A DNA stretch of 49,609 nt, the filler included, from Catajapyx aquilonaris (Eukaryota), in assembly GCA_000934665.2 (NCBI GenBank). It is 3 parts of 3 records of this genome, joined end to end, with 100 filler letters (N's around TTAATTAATTAA, not from the genome) between each part and the next. Parts side by side here need not be neighbours in the genome. Positions count along the whole stretch, not along the records: positions 33,054 to 49,609 come from JYFJ02007206.1; 2 more parts are not named here. One strand, 5' to 3'. The notes under the pieces are model-generated. The model had not been told where the DNA came from. It searched no databases and saw nothing but the letters and a program-made list of their open reading frames with translations. The stretch's first letter is position 1, and every line of letters begins with the position of its first letter. Made by a program: the position numbers and the translations under genes. Below are positions 46,251 through 49,609 of the stretch, piece after piece.

Positions 46251-49200
46251 ATAATAATAATAATCCAGGTAGTGCTTGACCTCATTGCAAGGTATGTAAC
46301 ATGGACCTTTATTATACCTTGTGTGCATTTATGAACCTTTTTATGAAGCGACCAGGTCCAACGACAAAGGTGCGAGGGAGGGGAGATGCAAGTGCAATGT
46401 AGCTGCTTGGTCATAGTGTGAGTTCCCTCAGGTGATTAGTCTCAAGGAATACCACCTGAGATGGAGCCAGAGACAGCCCAACTCCGCATGAGATGAAGTG
46501 GACAATCCCGGGACTTGGGATCGAACCCAGGATTCTTCCATTCATGGGTGCATACATTATCACAGAGCCACTCCACCTCCTTTCATTGTATGTATGCATT
46601 AACCCAGTTATGCCGGGAAAAATTTTTGTTGAATTTTTGAACTTTTTTTTGTTTCTATTAGTTCATATTAGTTCCCAAAACACAAAAATCGAGATAAAAC
46701 ATTTTTCTGAATGCTTGTTTGGGAGAAAATGGCAGTTCCCTATAATAATTATGGGATGCTAGGAAAATGTAACCTAGTAGGGCTGTAAGAGTTGTTGATT
46801 ACATTACCACCACAACAGTGACATTCAGCAATATCCATAGCTTCATAATATCACCAATGATTGATTGTTGTCGATTGCATTACCATTGGAAACAGGCCGT
46901 GCAAAGAATGGGTTGTAATTGAGTCACAATCAACAACAACAATCAAGGATTGTTGCAACGGTTGCCATGTTAACCAACTGCCATGTAATTTTGTTTTAAT
47001 TGTATGGATTCATTACTGTCCAGTTCAACAGAGCGTACAAAATCCACACACATACTTTACTTGTCCAAATGTGGGTGCATTTGCCTCTTGCGTTCCCCAC
47101 AAGGGACACCAGATTTCAACACTACTCTCAGACAAGGAAAGTAAAAAATATGCCTATATTTCCCCGTCGACATCATCATTCATAAGTTTTCTAAGTATTA
47201 CAAGCAATAAATAACTCATGACATTAATCAATATTCGAGAATTAATTACTAATCATATTCGGAACATGAAGGTGTTTGCCTGAGTTAAAATTCAAACACC
47301 TGTATCTTAAAACGATGAAGCAATATTTGAGCATGTTTGAACTTGCATCGTTAGCTGGGACTCTCCTGAAGCCCCCGTGACTACTGCCACCTCTTTAGCA
47401 GCAGAAGAACCAGCGCAAAAAAATTGAAATATAACAACTGTGCAGGTGTCCCCTATAGGGGACACTCGCCATATCTGGGTTAAAATATGGTCCACGCTAT
47501 ACCTCATGTGAGGTCTGCACTACCTAATATTATTATTATACATTATTATAAAGAGATATAAGATTAATCTGACATCTTACCATCTGACTCACAGAATTTT
47601 AAAGTTTCATGAAGCATAATAGATACCAGCCTCATGATGACATCACCAGAAGTTCAGTAAATACAAAATACCCATGTTTAATACTCCTATTACAATTTTG
47701 CACAATAAAGGCATCCAAAAGTTATAAACCTGCCTTGTTACAAGTCTGCTGAAATTGTGGACTTCTTACTGTTCTTATAATATTGTTACTGACTAGTCTT
47801 GTGCCCAAACTACCAATTCAAATACGGTACATGGTGTTTCATAATTTTGCAACAACAAGTACACCTGTTGAGTCTATAGACTAATAGATATGAACAATAT
47901 ACAGGGTGAAGGGAAACTTGCATACAATCACCAAGTAAACTTATAGTACTTGCAAGACTATTACAGGGATGTGCAATTAGTATTTTGCTCTGTTGCATAG
48001 TTAATGCATACAGCGCCTTTAAAGTGTAGAGGGCCAGTTTGTAAAATACGAGGCAAAAACAACAAAGCGCACTGGCGTCGTACCAGAATTCTTCCTCTGA
48101 CAGGATTTGATCACCTTTTGCACATGGATGATGTGTTAGGGGACCTAGGCAAGGGACCGGAGGCCCTCCAGCTGAATTTTGCTTCTTAGATGCAGGGGGA
48201 AACTGACGTGACGTCACGAAACTTTGACGGCGCCATACGCTTTAACTATGCAACGGAGCCCAAAACTAATTCCACATCCCTATATTAGTTTTGCTAGTAC
48301 TATAAGTTTACCTGGCGATTGTACGGGAGTTTCCCTTCACCCTGTAGAGTGACACTATATGGTCCAGGCCTCCAAATGTGACAAGAATACTGTATATGGA
48401 AAAGGTGGCATATTTTTCATTGTTAAACATTGTCAGTAACCACAATTAACTTACATGAGAAATGACAATGAAAACATGCCCCTTTTCACACACATTTTTC
48501 TCACACGTGGTGTCCTGGACCATATATATCTGAACCCTTACATTTTAAATTTCTCTTGGCTTATAGAATTGCCTGATAAATGTGTTGCTGTTGTGCAATT
48601 ATGAAGCACCCTGTGTAGGTGGTCTAACAAACTATAGGAAGATCACATTGCACAAATAAACTCTATAAACATCAAAACTATGCAAGGTTAGACATTTCTG
48701 TATAGGCCTACCTATCTCATGAGGCAGCTCGTGACAAAAGACAGCAATTGACGTAGATAAGCCACTTGTGACTCCTGCTGCAAATGCAGCTCCAATGGCC
48801 AGGCCATCACTAAAATTGTGTAGCCCATCTCCCATGATCACCATCCATGCAACTGCAGAAATGTTGTGTGGAGGGGAAAGAATATGGCCATGGGCATGTG
48901 CATGGCCATGATGAGAATTTTGGTGTTCTCGAATGATAACCGTGTAGCCTTCTTCTTCTTCTGTCTGGTCCTGGGCACAAGTGTCTACGTGTGCCTCAAG
49001 TGACTTGCGCTTAAATTCTTCCTTGGCACTACTCGATCTAAGGAGTGCTAAAGTTGGTGACAATCGACCAGATTGTAATGTGTAGCCCTTGGTACGGTGT
49101 CGCTCATCTGGACTGGGTCGATGTGAATGGTCTACATGGTGGTCTTCAGCAGGGTAACAAACCTCCACTCGAACATCCGATGTTTGTGGTGCATGGTCTT

Positions 49201-49281
49201 CAGATGTATTCTCCCTAGGTATTGCTTTATCAGAATTTTGTTCACAGCATGACTGGTGCTCTTCTGTATTTTCGTTAAGCT
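42667..49281 (-). CDS. foi: LIV-1 family ZIP zinc transporter (fear-of-intimacy / ZIP6-ZIP10-like), last three exons; 5' part lies beyond the window
   Basis: Exons 49281-48712, 43062-42875 and 42816-42667 (TGA), GT-AG, phases consistent, with a 5649-bp TE-filled intron. Motifs: His-rich [81 protein letters not shown]. Confidence 0.92.
43280..43817. mobile_element. hAT-type MITE with perfect 8-bp TSD
   Basis: GGTACAAT(43272-43279)-CAGCGCCGGATTT ... AAATCCGCCACTG-GGTACAAT(43818-43825). Confidence 0.85.
43527..43676 (+). mobile_element. 5'-truncated SINE with 14-bp TSD nested in the hAT MITE
   Basis: TSD TAAATCAAGCTCTC at 43513-43526 and 43677-43690. The body AATAGGCCACAGCCGCCTCCTTCCTTTCC is shared with the 35332 SINE. 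Tail CCCCCTAAAGAG..ACGGGGTA followed by (ATT)n. Confidence 0.8.
44155..44911 (+). mobile_element. Recent 5'-truncated LINE insertion (757 bp), antisense in the ZIP intron
   Basis: Perfect 16-bp TSD ACATATCTGGCCTTTG at 44139-44154 and 44912-44927. The frame is open to TAA 44783 with LAKLRCG and [18 protein letters not shown] zinc knuckle. The 3' UTR has AATGTA repeats, AATAAA and a (CAAA)n tail. Confidence 0.92.
45560..45828. mobile_element. hAT-like MITE, same family as 5753-5978
   Basis: GTGCTCCCTAA ... TTTGGGAAGCAC termini with repeated CGACCCC motifs. Confidence 0.6.
45930..46250 (+). mobile_element. Degenerate tRNA-SINE-like element ending in (GTA)n
   Basis: A-box-like GTGGTCTAGTGG at ~45939, decayed B box, and a (GTA)n run at ~46212-46250. 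Confidence 0.4.
46251..46580 (-). mobile_element. tRNA-derived SINE on the minus strand ending in (ATT)n
   Basis: Minus strand: GTGGCTCTGTGATAA (A-box-like) then CCTGGGTTCGATCCC (B box), body, and ATTATTATT tail abutting the (GTA)n run. Confidence 0.6.
47902..48344. mobile_element. Tc1/mariner-type MITE (CAGGGTGAAGGGAAACT family), copy 2
   Basis: TA-CAGGGTGAAGGGAAACT ... AGTTTCCCTTCACCCTG-TA, colinear with 40123-40555. Confidence 0.85.
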
Positions 49282-49515
49282 CTACAAAAAAAGACGACAT
49301 ATTACGCCTTATGTAGAGCAGACCATAATTATCTTTTTACATATAAACAATTTATTGCCTGGTTATCACACTGGGGATATGAAAGGCCATTGCTTCCATG
49401 GGCACCTGACAAAGACACGATCGTGCTACATTTATCAAACTGTTCACATGTGGAAATGAACTAGAGGCCAAAGCTAGAATAATCCATGAATCATGAAAAT
49501 CTGTTGTGGTCTATA

Positions 49516-49609
49516 CAGGGTGTAAATGAATTCAGCCGACAAACTTGTAGGGGTGATAGAGGGGACCAAGACAAACATATTTGACATAGGAAACCGTGTC
49601 CGGAAACGC
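49516..49609. mobile_element. Left end of a Tc1/mariner-type element cut by the window end
   Basis: TA-CAGGGTGTAAATGAA terminus of the same CAGGGTG class as the other MITEs here. No partner end in the window. Confidence 0.45.

Overview
Eukaryotic genomic DNA, most likely an arthropod (probably an insect), not prokaryotic. It consists of three ~16.4-16.6 kb pieces (1-16436, 16537-32953, 33054-49609) joined by identical 100-bp N44-TTAATTAATTAA-N44 linkers, so adjacency across the linkers is unproven. Five spliced host genes can be read directly: (1) the probable first coding exon of a multi-Tudor-domain gene (-), (2) a complete 2-exon Harbinger/PIF transposase-derived gene (-), (3) a complete 6-exon MINDY3 deubiquitinase (+), (4) the last four exons of RECK (-), and (5) the last three exons of a LIV-1 ZIP zinc transporter of the foi/ZIP6/ZIP10 type (-). 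The rest is dense, often nested, non-autonomous transposon debris: Tc1/mariner, pogo-like, hAT, P-like, Sola1-like and CMC-like elements, Helitrons, tRNA-SINEs and LINE 3' ends. There are also two tandem arrays. The best candidate for something undescribed is the Harbinger-derived gene. It is intact and intron-containing, has no visible TIRs or Myb/MADF partner, and has two acidic active-site positions changed to Asn. It sits head-to-head with MINDY3 across 425 bp that contain a cluster of TGGCAACRSTG motifs, which is the profile of a domesticated, probably nuclease-dead transposase. All protein family calls come from recalled motifs; no database searches were run.
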